A stretch of DNA of 42,530 nucleotides from a virus (taxonomy: Duplodnaviria; Caudoviricetes): positions 1 through 42,530 of IMG/VR virus record IMGVR_UViG_3300037515_000545, one strand, 5' to 3'. The translations under genes and the position numbers were made by a program. This document shows positions 34,284 to 42,530 of this stretch, piece by piece (positions within the stretch are counted from its first letter, which is position 1; each line of letters begins with the position of its first letter). The notes beneath the pieces are model-generated. The model made no database searches. It saw nothing but the letters and a program-made list of their open reading frames with translations, and was not told where the DNA came from.

Positions 34284-35296
34284 AGGATCGTCTCGAGGAT
34301 CAGGATGGCGCGTTCGTCGCCGGCCTCCCAGCGGATGTCGAAACCGATCATTCTCATGAACCGGTTGACCTCCTCATACGGTGAGTCGTACCGCAACTGG
34401 CCTTCTACGCCGAGTTCGTGGGAGAACGGGTTGAACGACCCGGTGCCGACTGAAACTTGGAAGGTTTCCGGTGGGGTTCGCAAGTAGGAGAGCTGGCGGC
34501 GGACCTGGTCTTGCAGGGTGGCCGCTACGCTCACATCCTTGTTCACATGCTTGCCTTGCGTCAGCCCGTATTGTGCGACAGCCCCGGAGTCTTGAAGGTT
34601 GAACACGAGCTGGTCGTCGCCTTCCCCTTCTCCCACACCGAGGATCTGGGAGGCCTGCGACGACGAGTCGATAGTCCGGGAGAAGCTGCGGATTCCATCC
34701 TCCCAGATGAGGTCGTTTTGCCGGGTGCCCTGCTGGGGGTAGTGGAGTTCGAGGAGTCGTGAGTTGGGGTTGATGTTCAGGTCGAAACCGTTGTCCACGT
34801 CGACCAGTTCGGTGAGGGCCTCGTAGATGCCTTTCCTTTGGAACCCTTCGTAGGTCCGGTCTCGGGTGACACCGGAGGTGTCCGCACCCGTAGTCAGCAG
34901 CCCGAAGTCGCCGCCTGCCTTGTCCTGATGGTGGTCTACCAGCGCCCTGGCGATGGTGAACTGGTCGACGGCGGCGAAGGTGAGTGTCGACGTGATATGC
35001 CAGCGTTTCGTGTAGGCCAGCAACCCTTCCCCACCGAAGGAGACTTTTTCGGAGTCCTCATCTGCGGTGAGAATCGGCCCTCTCCATACGATCGCCTTGT
35101 TCCTCTCAACGACAACCTCGTTGGTGCCGGGGGCGATCACATTCCGGGTGCAGAACGGGTGGTCGAGGGCAAGCGAGAAAGAAATGGCGCCCGGTCTGTT
35201 GAGCCTGAATGAGTAGCTTATAATCTCCGCTGGCAACTCTTCGACAGGTTCGCTGTCGCCTCTCAAAGTGGTGTACAAAATCGTCTCAACTGCCAT
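34280..35296 (-). CDS. Baseplate hub / Tal-like minor tail protein (ReqiPepy6 Gp37-like)
   Basis: S..LN.PG..SF, V.RN..IVW.G.I, GF.D..I, G.GEG; start MAVETILYTT. Confidence 0.8.
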   Translation of the reverse strand: MAVETILYTTLRGDSEPVEELPAEIISYSFRLNRPGAISFSLALDHPFCTRNVIAPGTNEVVVERNKAIVWRGPILTADEDSEKVSFGGEGLLAYTKRWHITSTLTFAAVDQFTIARALVDHHQDKAGGDFGLLTTGADTSGVTRDRTYEGFQRKGIYEALTELVDVDNGFDLNINPNSRLLELHYPQQGTRQNDLIWEDGIRSFSRTIDSSSQASQILGVGEGEGDDQLVFNLQDSGAVAQYGLTQGKHVNKDVSVAATLQDQVRRQLSYLRTPPETFQVSVGTGSFNPFSHELGVEGQLRYDSPYEEVNRFMRMIGFDIRWEAGDERAILILETIL

Positions 35297-35822
35297 CGGG
35301 CCACCCCGCATTTTCAGCCGTGCGGATACGATGGCAATTCGCACACCGGACTTCGCACTTATCCACTTCGGCCCACATGCGGTCTTCGGACCATGAGACG
35401 GCGCGCGCCAGGATGGCGGTCTTCTTGCCCCTCACGTGGTCGAACTCAAGGGCTGCAGGATGCTCCGTAAAGCCACAGTCGATACAGCCCATCGTCAGCT
35501 TGTATTCCGTCAGCTTCCGGCGGTTCGCGGCTCGGCGGGCTCGAGTGTCTGCCAATTCTCGCTCCCGATAACCGGGCTTGGCGCGTCGCCTCCGGTTCCA
35601 TGCGCGCATATAGTCACGCAACCCCTGAGCATCATGGCCGCCACACCAGCCACGCCCAATGGTCTGCTCGTTGCATCCCGCCACCTTGCAGAAGCCTTTA
35701 CGGACCACCTCGGGATCGCCGGTCCGATACCAGCGCTGATAGTGCATGGCGCCGCGAGATTTGACCGGCCCCCCGCAATCAGCGAGTTTGCACGTGGTGT
35801 AGAGGATGGTCTCGACGGCCAC
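35286..35822 (-). CDS. HNH homing endonuclease inserted at the 5' end of the hub gene
   Basis: C.DCG...ALEFDHV..K...EV.KCEV.CANCHRIRT; N-terminal C....C...H.QR zinc motifs. Confidence 0.88.
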   Translation of the reverse strand: MAVETILYTTCKLADCGGPVKSRGAMHYQRWYRTGDPEVVRKGFCKVAGCNEQTIGRGWCGGHDAQGLRDYMRAWNRRRRAKPGYRERELADTRARRAANRRKLTEYKLTMGCIDCGFTEHPAALEFDHVRGKKTAILARAVSWSEDRMWAEVDKCEVRCANCHRIRTAENAGWPDGS

Positions 35823-36991
35823 TATGCGTACAGGTCGAGGATGATGATACCGCCAGCACCGGCACCACCAGTACGGGCGGAGCCCTGGTTGGCGTGGTTG
35901 GCCGCCCCTGTACCTCCCCCTCCGTACTGTCCCCCGCCGGCACCGTTGCCACCAGCGATGGGAGCCGACCGGCCTCCGTTGAAATGCGAGGCCCCGCCGT
36001 GTCCTCCGATAACCGACTGGAGGGCCGAACCCACGTACACCAGGTGCCCGCCGGAACCGCCTTCATGAAGGATGTCCCCCGCAGTTCCGACACCGCCACG
36101 GCGAAGCGAAGTGTCGGACGACGCCACCGAAGGGGTGGCGGTGGCAGCACGAATCGAACCGCCTCCACCACCGTTGGCCGCCGCATGGGAACCGAAAGAC
36201 GAAGCGGTCCCACTACCACCGGCAGCACCCGACACCCCGGCGCCGCCGGCACCGACGGTCACCGTCGTTGAGGCGCTCAGAGCGTCGACGAGGACAAGCG
36301 CCTCCGCGTAGCCTCCACCGCCTCCACCGTCACCTGCGGACGCTTCACCTGCTGATGTGGTGGTCGCCCCACCTCCGGCACCACCACCCGCCTGCACCTT
36401 CGCCAGAACCTTGGCCAGATACGGGTAGTCGGCCTTCACGAACGAACCTGACGTGGTGAACTGGACGGTTTCGACGAACTGGCCGCGGACGGGGGCTTCT
36501 ACCCGTTCGTCGGTGATGTTCGCGTTGGTGATCGCGGTCACCCCTGCACCCACCGCGACCTGTGCTACCGAGATGGCGCTGGACGGGACAGCCGGTGCGG
36601 ACGGCGAACCGGCCGGGGTGCCTTGGACCACTTCGATGTCTGTAACGTCGTCGACACCACCCTCTTCGGCGTCGTCGACCCTTACGACAATCCGGTCGAT
36701 ACGCGGGTTCGACGGGTCCGACGCGGCGATCACAAGGGTTGCGGTGGCGTCCTGGTGTTCGGCGATGTACGTGCCTTGTGCGACAGAGTTGTCACCTTCG
36801 ACAACAACCAGGTCACCGGCTGAACCGGAGCCCACTTTCACAGCCATATTGCTGCCCGTATCCTGTGCGACCTTAAAACTGTTGCCCGCCTTGTCCACCA
36901 CCCCTTCGTTGAGGAGGGCGGTAGCGATGAATCTCGCCGTGTGCGCCGGGTTAGAAGCTGCCTGAATTGCCCAGGTCAAGATCGTGGCCAT
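35822..36991 (-). CDS. Minor tail / baseplate protein with a glycine-rich C-terminal domain
   Basis: NPRIDRIV, G.P..SP.AP..P, I..ANITDER; GGGGAGG...V.VGAGG...GG.G..G.II. Confidence 0.85.
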   Translation of the reverse strand: MATILTWAIQAASNPAHTARFIATALLNEGVVDKAGNSFKVAQDTGSNMAVKVGSGSAGDLVVVEGDNSVAQGTYIAEHQDATATLVIAASDPSNPRIDRIVVRVDDAEEGGVDDVTDIEVVQGTPAGSPSAPAVPSSAISVAQVAVGAGVTAITNANITDERVEAPVRGQFVETVQFTTSGSFVKADYPYLAKVLAKVQAGGGAGGGATTTSAGEASAGDGGGGGGYAEALVLVDALSASTTVTVGAGGAGVSGAAGGSGTASSFGSHAAANGGGGGSIRAATATPSVASSDTSLRRGGVGTAGDILHEGGSGGHLVYVGSALQSVIGGHGGASHFNGGRSAPIAGGNGAGGGQYGGGGTGAANHANQGSARTGGAGAGGIIILDLYA

Positions 36992-37480
36992 TTAGGAACT
37001 CCTTGTTAGATAATCAGTAGCGGCAGCGAGCCGCTCACGGTTGTCACCGAACTTCCCCAGCCCCATGTTGCAGTGCACACATAACAATCCACGGATGCAT
37101 TGACCGCAAGAACGTTGGCCCGGACAACAACGGTGGTCGTGATCCACCGAGAACAGCTCAACACGAGACCCCGGGTCCTTCGAGCCGCAGATGGCGCATA
37201 CCCCACCCTGTGCTGCGAGCAGTGCCTCGTATTCGTGAACCTCTAGATTGTACCGGCGCAACTTGGCGCGTCTCTGCTTAGCCAGATACTTCGGCCGGTG
37301 CTCCCGATAATAGGCCCTTAGGTAGGTGCGGTTAAGGAGGTTATGGGCCTCCCTGCACCATTCGCAGGCAGCCTCACCAGCGTTCCGATGGCGAAGGTAG
37401 CCCGCGTCAGTACCCGTAGCCAGCTGCCCCCTATTCGGGCCCCGCGTGATCGGCGCTTCGCAGACGGTAGGCTTGGCCAT
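36992..37480 (-). CDS. Endonuclease VII-family homing endonuclease
   Basis: Y..LL..QGG.CAIC...VDHDH.CC....C..C.RGLLC..CN.GLG.FGD. Confidence 0.92.
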   Translation of the reverse strand: MAKPTVCEAPITRGPNRGQLATGTDAGYLRHRNAGEAACEWCREAHNLLNRTYLRAYYREHRPKYLAKQRRAKLRRYNLEVHEYEALLAAQGGVCAICGSKDPGSRVELFSVDHDHRCCPGQRSCGQCIRGLLCVHCNMGLGKFGDNRERLAAATDYLTRSS

Positions 37481-37542
37481 GTCAACCTCCTATAGCTAGG
37501 TTGGCCAGCCCCCGGCCGTGGAAGCGGTGCGGGGGCACTTTG

Positions 37543-38415
37543 TCATATTCTAGCCGACCGGGCTTCGACTTCGACCGTTGCGCCCGTTGTCGTACCGGAA
37601 GCGCGGAACCTGAGCTCGTTGGAACCGGGGGCGAGGGGAAACCAGACCGAATCGGCTGACAGTTTGCCTCTTCTCGAGGCGCCGGTGGTGAAAGCGATAG
37701 AACGGCGGGCTGGATGCGTGTCGATCTGGAGGGCCTGCCCGGAGGTCATACTCACCCCGCCGTTGGCGGTCAACGCCAGCCGTTCACCAGCCGTGACCCC
37801 TTCGATAATCGGGTCGGTCATCGTCCCCGAGGTGGGGCCGTGGATCGTGTATACCGGCCAGGACTCCCAGTCTCCGCCGAGGACGATCGACACCCCACCG
37901 CCGGAACCTCCAGCACCCCAGTTGGCAGGCCAGACGATCGGCCACGACAACCCGGCGGGGGAGGTGAACGGGTCGAGTGTTTCAGTGAGAAGTGTGTCGT
38001 CGTAGACGGCCGGGTCGGAGGCGACCAGCCGGAACGGGACCTCTTCGGATTTGGAAGCCCAATCCTCCGGGGTCAAATCCGACATACCGTCTTGGGGACG
38101 GCATAGTATTCGCCGGTTGGTTTGGCCGGGTAGACCCCACACGAACGGGAGTTCGGAGTCTACGAGAGGTTGGAAGGCTGCGAACAAGGTGTCGAGGTTG
38201 GACACCAGATCGTCCGTCGTAGCACCCACCACCCCGAAGTCTATTTCGACGACACGGGCCACCTCGTAGGAGGCGCCGACCAGCCCGCCATGCCCGCGCG
38301 GTAGATCGGGAGTGAGGATGTTCGTCGCTCGCCTGTAGAACTTCAACCGTTGTACCCGATATGACGTGCCTTGGCCAAAAGTCAATCCGTTGAAGCTGCC
38401 CTGGTAGTCGGTCAT
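37543..38415 (-). CDS. Distal tail protein (Dit-like)
   Basis: FNG.TFG, R.VEI, F.LVASDP..Y, WF.L.PG.NE; follows the tape measure gene. Confidence 0.85.
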   Translation of the reverse strand: MTDYQGSFNGLTFGQGTSYRVQRLKFYRRATNILTPDLPRGHGGLVGASYEVARVVEIDFGVVGATTDDLVSNLDTLFAAFQPLVDSELPFVWGLPGQTNRRILCRPQDGMSDLTPEDWASKSEEVPFRLVASDPAVYDDTLLTETLDPFTSPAGLSWPIVWPANWGAGGSGGGVSIVLGGDWESWPVYTIHGPTSGTMTDPIIEGVTAGERLALTANGGVSMTSGQALQIDTHPARRSIAFTTGASRRGKLSADSVWFPLAPGSNELRFRASGTTTGATVEVEARSARI

Positions 38416-38416
38416 G

Positions 38417-38995
38417 TCACGCCACCAGTTCGTTGAGGGGCCACCAGCGATTGCCTTTGCTGCTGTTGCAGGATCGGCATGCGGGACGAAGATTTGACAG
38501 GCAGTGAGGCCCACCGGCGGCAAGAGGAATCACATGATCGACGGTGCCCGCTTCGCCGCCACACATCCAACACCGGTTACCCCAATAGGCCATACGAGCG
38601 GCAAGCTGACCAACGTTGAACGGGATGGACAGGGCTTGCCGTTTCCGGGCTTCTCTGCGGCGGCCCAGCTCCCTCTCTTTGTCAGGATTGGCTGCTCGCC
38701 AGTTGCGGCTGTACTGCGCATGCTTGTCGAGGTTGGCAGCCCGCCATCGGCGCATTCGTTCGTGTTCCCTATCCCGGTTGCGCCAGTAGTACGCCTTGGC
38801 GTAGTCGCGTCCCTTCTGCCGATTGGCGTCCCTGTACCGACGCTTGTACTCAGGCATCTTGGCGTTGTGGGCAACCCGGCAAGGCTCGCAGGCTGTTTCC
38901 CCGGCTCGACGATGTCGCAGGTATCCGGCATCGCTTCCGGTGGCAGGCTGGCCCTTGAGCTCTCCTCGCACGACGAGGGCTTCACAGGCCTGCAT
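38417..38995 (-). CDS. HNH homing endonuclease
   Basis: CWMCG....TVDHVIPL..GG.H...NL.PAC.SCNSSKG; ATG overlaps the tape measure TGA. Confidence 0.9.
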   Translation of the reverse strand: MQACEALVVRGELKGQPATGSDAGYLRHRRAGETACEPCRVAHNAKMPEYKRRYRDANRQKGRDYAKAYYWRNRDREHERMRRWRAANLDKHAQYSRNWRAANPDKERELGRRREARKRQALSIPFNVGQLAARMAYWGNRCWMCGGEAGTVDHVIPLAAGGPHCLSNLRPACRSCNSSKGNRWWPLNELVA

Positions 38996-40662
38996 CAGAT
39001 ACCGGCGGTCCTTAAACGCCACGCCAGGTAGTCGCCCACCTGAAGCGGGTCGGTGTTCCCCTGGACTACCACCGTTCCGATGATCGGGCCTTCGGTCCCG
39101 CGGGCCGGGGTGACCGTCTCCCGGTCCCGGAGGACGGCGAGGCCTTCACCGCCGGGGGTGGGGGCACGGAACACTCCACCCTTATGCAGCCGGGGGATGT
39201 TGGGGAAGTTGATGGTCTGCCCGCCGAACGCTGGCAGGCCGGGCAGGTCGATTTTCGGGAGGGTGATCGACAGGTTGTTCCACTTGTCGATGATCCAGTT
39301 GAGCACCGTTTTGAAAGCGGTTTTGATCCCATCCCACATGCCCGACACCGCATTGCCGATCCGGCCGGGAAGTCCTTTGAAGAAGTCGACGACAAAGTTG
39401 AACGAGGCGACGATCCAATCCTTCACACCCGTGGCGACGGCCTTGATCTTGTCGAAGTGTTTGATGATCAGCCCGAGGGGGGTGAAGTTGAGGAACAGTC
39501 CGACAAGGAAGTCGACGGCCTCTTTGAACTTGTCTTTCAACCATTTCCCGACAGCAGCGGAAGTGGTCTTGATCCACTCCCACACGCCTTTGAGGAAGCC
39601 GACGATCTTGTCCCAGTTGGCGACGATCAGAATGACGAGAGCGATGACAGCTGCGATGAGGAGGATCCACGGGTTGGCCATGAACAGTTTCGACAGGACC
39701 ATGAAAGCCTTGCCGACCGCACCGAACGACGAGATCAGTTTCCCGAAGACGAACAGGACCGGGCCTACCGCGGCAACAACGGCGATCATGATCCCGACCA
39801 CATTCTGACCGGCCGGACTGAGATTGTTGAACCAGTCGGCGGCCTTCTGAATCCACCCTGTCACCTTCTCAATCGTCGGGATCAGGGCAGTGGCCAACGT
39901 TTCGGTCATCGTCCCGAAAGCGTGTTTCGCCTTCTCGATCTTTCCGACCATCGTGTTCCCGAGCGCTTCAGCGGACCCGCCGAACTGTGTGGTCAGCTCG
40001 CCGAGGATGACCTTCTGGGCGCCCATCGTGTCGCCCGCCTCGACCATCGCCACGATCTGGTCCTTCTGCGCCTGGGTGAACTGGATGCCCGCCTTCGACA
40101 TGGCGGTGAGACCCTTGACCGGATCGTTCAACGCTTTACCAACCATGATCGACGCCGAGGTCATGTCGCTACCCATCGCGACGGACATGTCCAGAGCGGC
40201 CTTCGTGGCCCGGTCGAAAATGTCGTTCCCCTTACCGGCCTGGTTGCTGATCTTCGTGAAGGTGAGGAGAAGGTTCTGGCCTTCAGTAATCGTCTCGGCC
40301 TCAACGGAGGTCAGCGATTCCAGAGAGCCTGCCAGGTCGTCGATCTGTTGGCGGGAAACGTTCGCCGCTCCGCCCGTCGACTTGATAGCCGCGTCGGTTT
40401 GGGCACCGATCGTTTCTATCCGACCCAACGACTTCACTGCGAGACCCGCCGCAGCGATGATCGGAAGGGTGACACCGACAGCCATACCCTTACCGATCGA
40501 CGACATCTTGTCGCCAACCCGCTTCGTCCGCTCGGCCATCTTGTCGAAATGGCCGGAAATCTTTCCGGTTTCAGTACCGGCAGTCCGCTGGATTTCTTTC
40601 AGCTTGGCGGACAACAGGTCTCGGGCTTTGAGCAGCGCTTCGATCTCGGCGACGGTCGCCAC
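38995..40662 (-). CDS. Tail tape measure protein (555 aa)
   Basis: Ala/Gly-rich helical; VGKALNDP..G.TA; Trp/Phe periodic repeats; IPRLH.GG. Confidence 0.93.
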   Translation of the reverse strand: MATVAEIEALLKARDLLSAKLKEIQRTAGTETGKISGHFDKMAERTKRVGDKMSSIGKGMAVGVTLPIIAAAGLAVKSLGRIETIGAQTDAAIKSTGGAANVSRQQIDDLAGSLESLTSVEAETITEGQNLLLTFTKISNQAGKGNDIFDRATKAALDMSVAMGSDMTSASIMVGKALNDPVKGLTAMSKAGIQFTQAQKDQIVAMVEAGDTMGAQKVILGELTTQFGGSAEALGNTMVGKIEKAKHAFGTMTETLATALIPTIEKVTGWIQKAADWFNNLSPAGQNVVGIMIAVVAAVGPVLFVFGKLISSFGAVGKAFMVLSKLFMANPWILLIAAVIALVILIVANWDKIVGFLKGVWEWIKTTSAAVGKWLKDKFKEAVDFLVGLFLNFTPLGLIIKHFDKIKAVATGVKDWIVASFNFVVDFFKGLPGRIGNAVSGMWDGIKTAFKTVLNWIIDKWNNLSITLPKIDLPGLPAFGGQTINFPNIPRLHKGGVFRAPTPGGEGLAVLRDRETVTPARGTEGPIIGTVVVQGNTDPLQVGDYLAWRLRTAGI

Positions 40663-40666
40663 AATG

Positions 40667-40870
40667 TCACCTCCTCTTCGCTTTGGCTGCCGCCTGTAGG
40701 GCTTTCAGCCTGAGTTCCGCCGCTGCTGTCTCTTTCGCCGTTTCCGCTTCGGTTTCTTCGGCGAAGGCGAATGCCTCTTCGATCACATGAGGCGGTGTGG
40801 CCATCAGTTCAGCCCAGGACCACCCCATGTATTTGCAGAGGCTTAGGAGGGAGCGGCGTCCTCTTTTCCC
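40667..40870 (-). CDS. Frameshifted (-1) extension of the tail assembly chaperone (gpGT-like)
   Basis: The -1 frame after GGGAAAA reads GKRGRRSLLSLCKYMGWSWAELMATPPHVIEE... to TGA at 40667. Confidence 0.8.
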   Translation of the reverse strand, partial: GKRGRRSLLSLCKYMGWSWAELMATPPHVIEEAFAFAEETEAETAKETAAAELRLKALQAAAKAKRR

Positions 40871-41214
40871 TCGACCCCGATCTTTTCGATGTGGGCGTCG
40901 AGGGCGGCGATCAGTTCCGCCGCAGTGTCAGGGTGGAGGTTGCGGACCGCCGTTTTGGTGGGGGGTTCAGCCAGTCCGTCCCGGTCTTTGAACGACCAGG
41001 CGACAATCCAGGTGGACAGGCGTACCACCTCGTAGGACGGCCAGTCGATTTCCAACGCCAACGACTTGTCGGCGTCGAGTTTCCCGAGGATGGCACCCGA
41101 CTCGATCGCCTGGGTTTCCGAATAGGAGAGCTCCGACCTGAAGTCCACCCAGTCGTCGTCGGACAGTTCGACCCGGGTGACCGCCGAATGGTCGACGAAA
41201 CGAGGGCCGCTCAC
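40843..41214 (-). CDS. Tail assembly chaperone (gpG-like)
   Basis: Between tail tube and tape measure genes; IVAWSF.D..G motif. Confidence 0.85.
   Translation of the reverse strand: MSGPRFVDHSAVTRVELSDDDWVDFRSELSYSETQAIESGAILGKLDADKSLALEIDWPSYEVVRLSTWIVAWSFKDRDGLAEPPTKTAVRNLHPDTAAELIAALDAHIEKIGVEGKEDAAPS
40864..40870 (-). promoter_or_regulatory. Programmed -1 ribosomal frameshift slippery site G GGA AAA
   Basis: X XXY YYZ heptamer in the correct frame near the chaperone 3' end. Confidence 0.8.
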
Positions 41215-41618
41215 GCGGTCGCCCGGGTGAGATCCCCGGTGCCTTGCAGGGAGACGGGGGCCATGATCACTTCACCGATCGACCCGCCCAACGGCTGGTA
41301 GGAGGTGACGATCACCTGCCCCTGATATTCGGGGTTGGTCGGTCCGGTTGCAGCGCTGGTCGGCTTCAGTGCGAACGCCACTTCGGTGCCGACAATCGGG
41401 AACAGTTCGTCGTCGACATCGTTCGCCGCATAATCCTGGTTGAACTCGAGAGACACCGACCACTGTTTCAGGCCAGGCAGATACTCGCGGGTGCCGTCAC
41501 CGGAAGCGGTGAACTCTTTAGCGTCCGCATCGTAGGTGATGGTCCCGGATTTGAGGTTGTCGGTCAGGTTCTGGGCTGCCAGACTGACCGTGGGTGTGAG
41601 GAATACTAACTCACTCAA
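41211..41618 (-). CDS. Major tail tube protein
   Basis: E.TA.GD..R.Y.PGLK.W..SLEF.QD, TNPEY.G, G..G.V motifs; AAGGAG RBS. Confidence 0.85.
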   Translation of the reverse strand: MSELVFLTPTVSLAAQNLTDNLKSGTITYDADAKEFTASGDGTREYLPGLKQWSVSLEFNQDYAANDVDDELFPIVGTEVAFALKPTSAATGPTNPEYQGQVIVTSYQPLGGSIGEVIMAPVSLQGTGDLTRATA

Positions 41619-41666
41619 GGTGTGCTCCTTTATTGGAATGTGACGGCGGGCGCCGTCAGGGTTGTG

Positions 41667-42380
41667 TTAGGCGATGCCGACTGACACGGCGAACGTGAAC
41701 GACGGGTCAGTCCCGGCGATCACCCATTCGACCCGATACCAGGTGTCGGTGATCGGACCGTCCACCGTCAGCAGTTCTCCACCGGCGGCGGACCGTTGCG
41801 GGAAGGTGATCTGGGTTTCGGGTGTGCCCGCAAAGCTCTCGAGACTGTCGGAGGCGACAACAACATCCAACGTGTCAGCGGCCGAAGCGGACAGCACATG
41901 CAGCGAAGCCCGCAGTTTCTTCCCGGTGGCGACCGTCCCAAGGTTGAAAGCGGTCCCGTTACCGGTCGCAACCTCCACACCGTTTTGGAAGATGAGCCCG
42001 CGGGTGACAATCCCGGTCACCTGGTTCGAGTTCGAGAAGGCGAAGGCGTCGCCTATCGCCGCGCCCGGCGCATATTTGGTGCCGATCGAACTAAAGAAGA
42101 AGGCGACATCACCCTCGTCTCCACCGTCGGGGGAGAGGGTCGTGTTCCTCGCCGCCGCGGCAAGGCTGGTGAACAGGTCGGAGTCGACAGGGTCATCCCA
42201 AAACCCTGAATGTTCAGACCCGGCACCGACCAGACCACCCTTATAGGTGCGGGTGAAATCACCGAACGCGGTGAACTGGACGGCGTCGGCATCCAACACG
42301 AGGGCGTGTTGAGAGTAGGAGCCGGACAGGTCGAGGCCGGCCACATACTGGCGTGGATTCAAGAGGACTAGCTCGGGCAC
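41667..42380 (-). CDS. Second tail-tube-like protein with a C-terminal decoration domain
   Basis: N-terminal half aligns with 41211..41618 (DADA..FTA.GD.TR.Y..GL). Confidence 0.7.
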   Translation of the reverse strand: MPELVLLNPRQYVAGLDLSGSYSQHALVLDADAVQFTAFGDFTRTYKGGLVGAGSEHSGFWDDPVDSDLFTSLAAAARNTTLSPDGGDEGDVAFFFSSIGTKYAPGAAIGDAFAFSNSNQVTGIVTRGLIFQNGVEVATGNGTAFNLGTVATGKKLRASLHVLSASAADTLDVVVASDSLESFAGTPETQITFPQRSAAGGELLTVDGPITDTWYRVEWVIAGTDPSFTFAVSVGIA

Positions 42381-42403
42381 TTCAGCTCACTTTCCAGCAG
42401 AAC

Positions 42404-42530
42404 ATGTCGATCCGGCGGCGGTGGAGTAGGGCGGACTCGTCGTATCCGGATTCGTCGTCTTCTGGGAACGACGCGTGGATACCGGTGGCGGACACCATGT
42501 CCAACGCCGCATGCAAAGCTTCCGCCCCGG
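42404..42530. repeat. Terminal direct repeat, copy 2
   Basis: Identical to 1..127. Confidence 0.95.

Noticed and set aside
35286-35822. Group I intron or intein carrying the HNH
   Set aside because: There is no non-coding room for a ribozyme core and no intein terminal motifs, and the downstream gene has its own complete start.
42404-42530. 127-bp terminal repeat as a biological direct terminal repeat
   Set aside because: It falls in the middle of a tail gene and 127 is a common assembler k-mer length. The physical ends more likely lie near terS.

Overview
The window is a complete, circularly assembled ~42.4 kb tailed phage genome. Bases 1..127 repeat exactly at 42404..42530 and a tail-terminator gene reads through the junction. 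It is a high-GC siphovirus with an HK97-type head, probably infecting an actinobacterium (WhiB, r1t-type holin, DUF3152-like peptidase). Almost all genes lie on the minus strand. One transcript starts at a strong promoter at ~12.83 kb and runs HNH, terminase, portal, protease, capsid, fibre cluster, connectors, across the origin, then tail and lysis genes. A second starts at a back-to-back promoter pair at ~27.56 kb and runs Cro-like, methyltransferases, recombination genes, WhiB, FtsH module, replication initiator-like gene and many Cys-rich microproteins. No integrase, partition system, polymerase or helicase is visible. The most striking feature is a translationally coupled three-gene membrane-proteolysis module: an apparently intact FtsH-like AAA+ zinc protease, a small membrane protein and an SPFH/prohibitin protein, i.e. 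a phage-borne analogue of FtsH-HflKC. Other highlights are an HNH gene that has taken over a tail gene's first 10 codons and supplies a synonymously recoded replacement, a 24-aa repeat shared by three fibre-like ORFs with an apparently split FN3-like domain, and a non-canonical tRNA-like element inside a 17-bp extended stem. All family assignments come from motif recognition by eye, not database searches.
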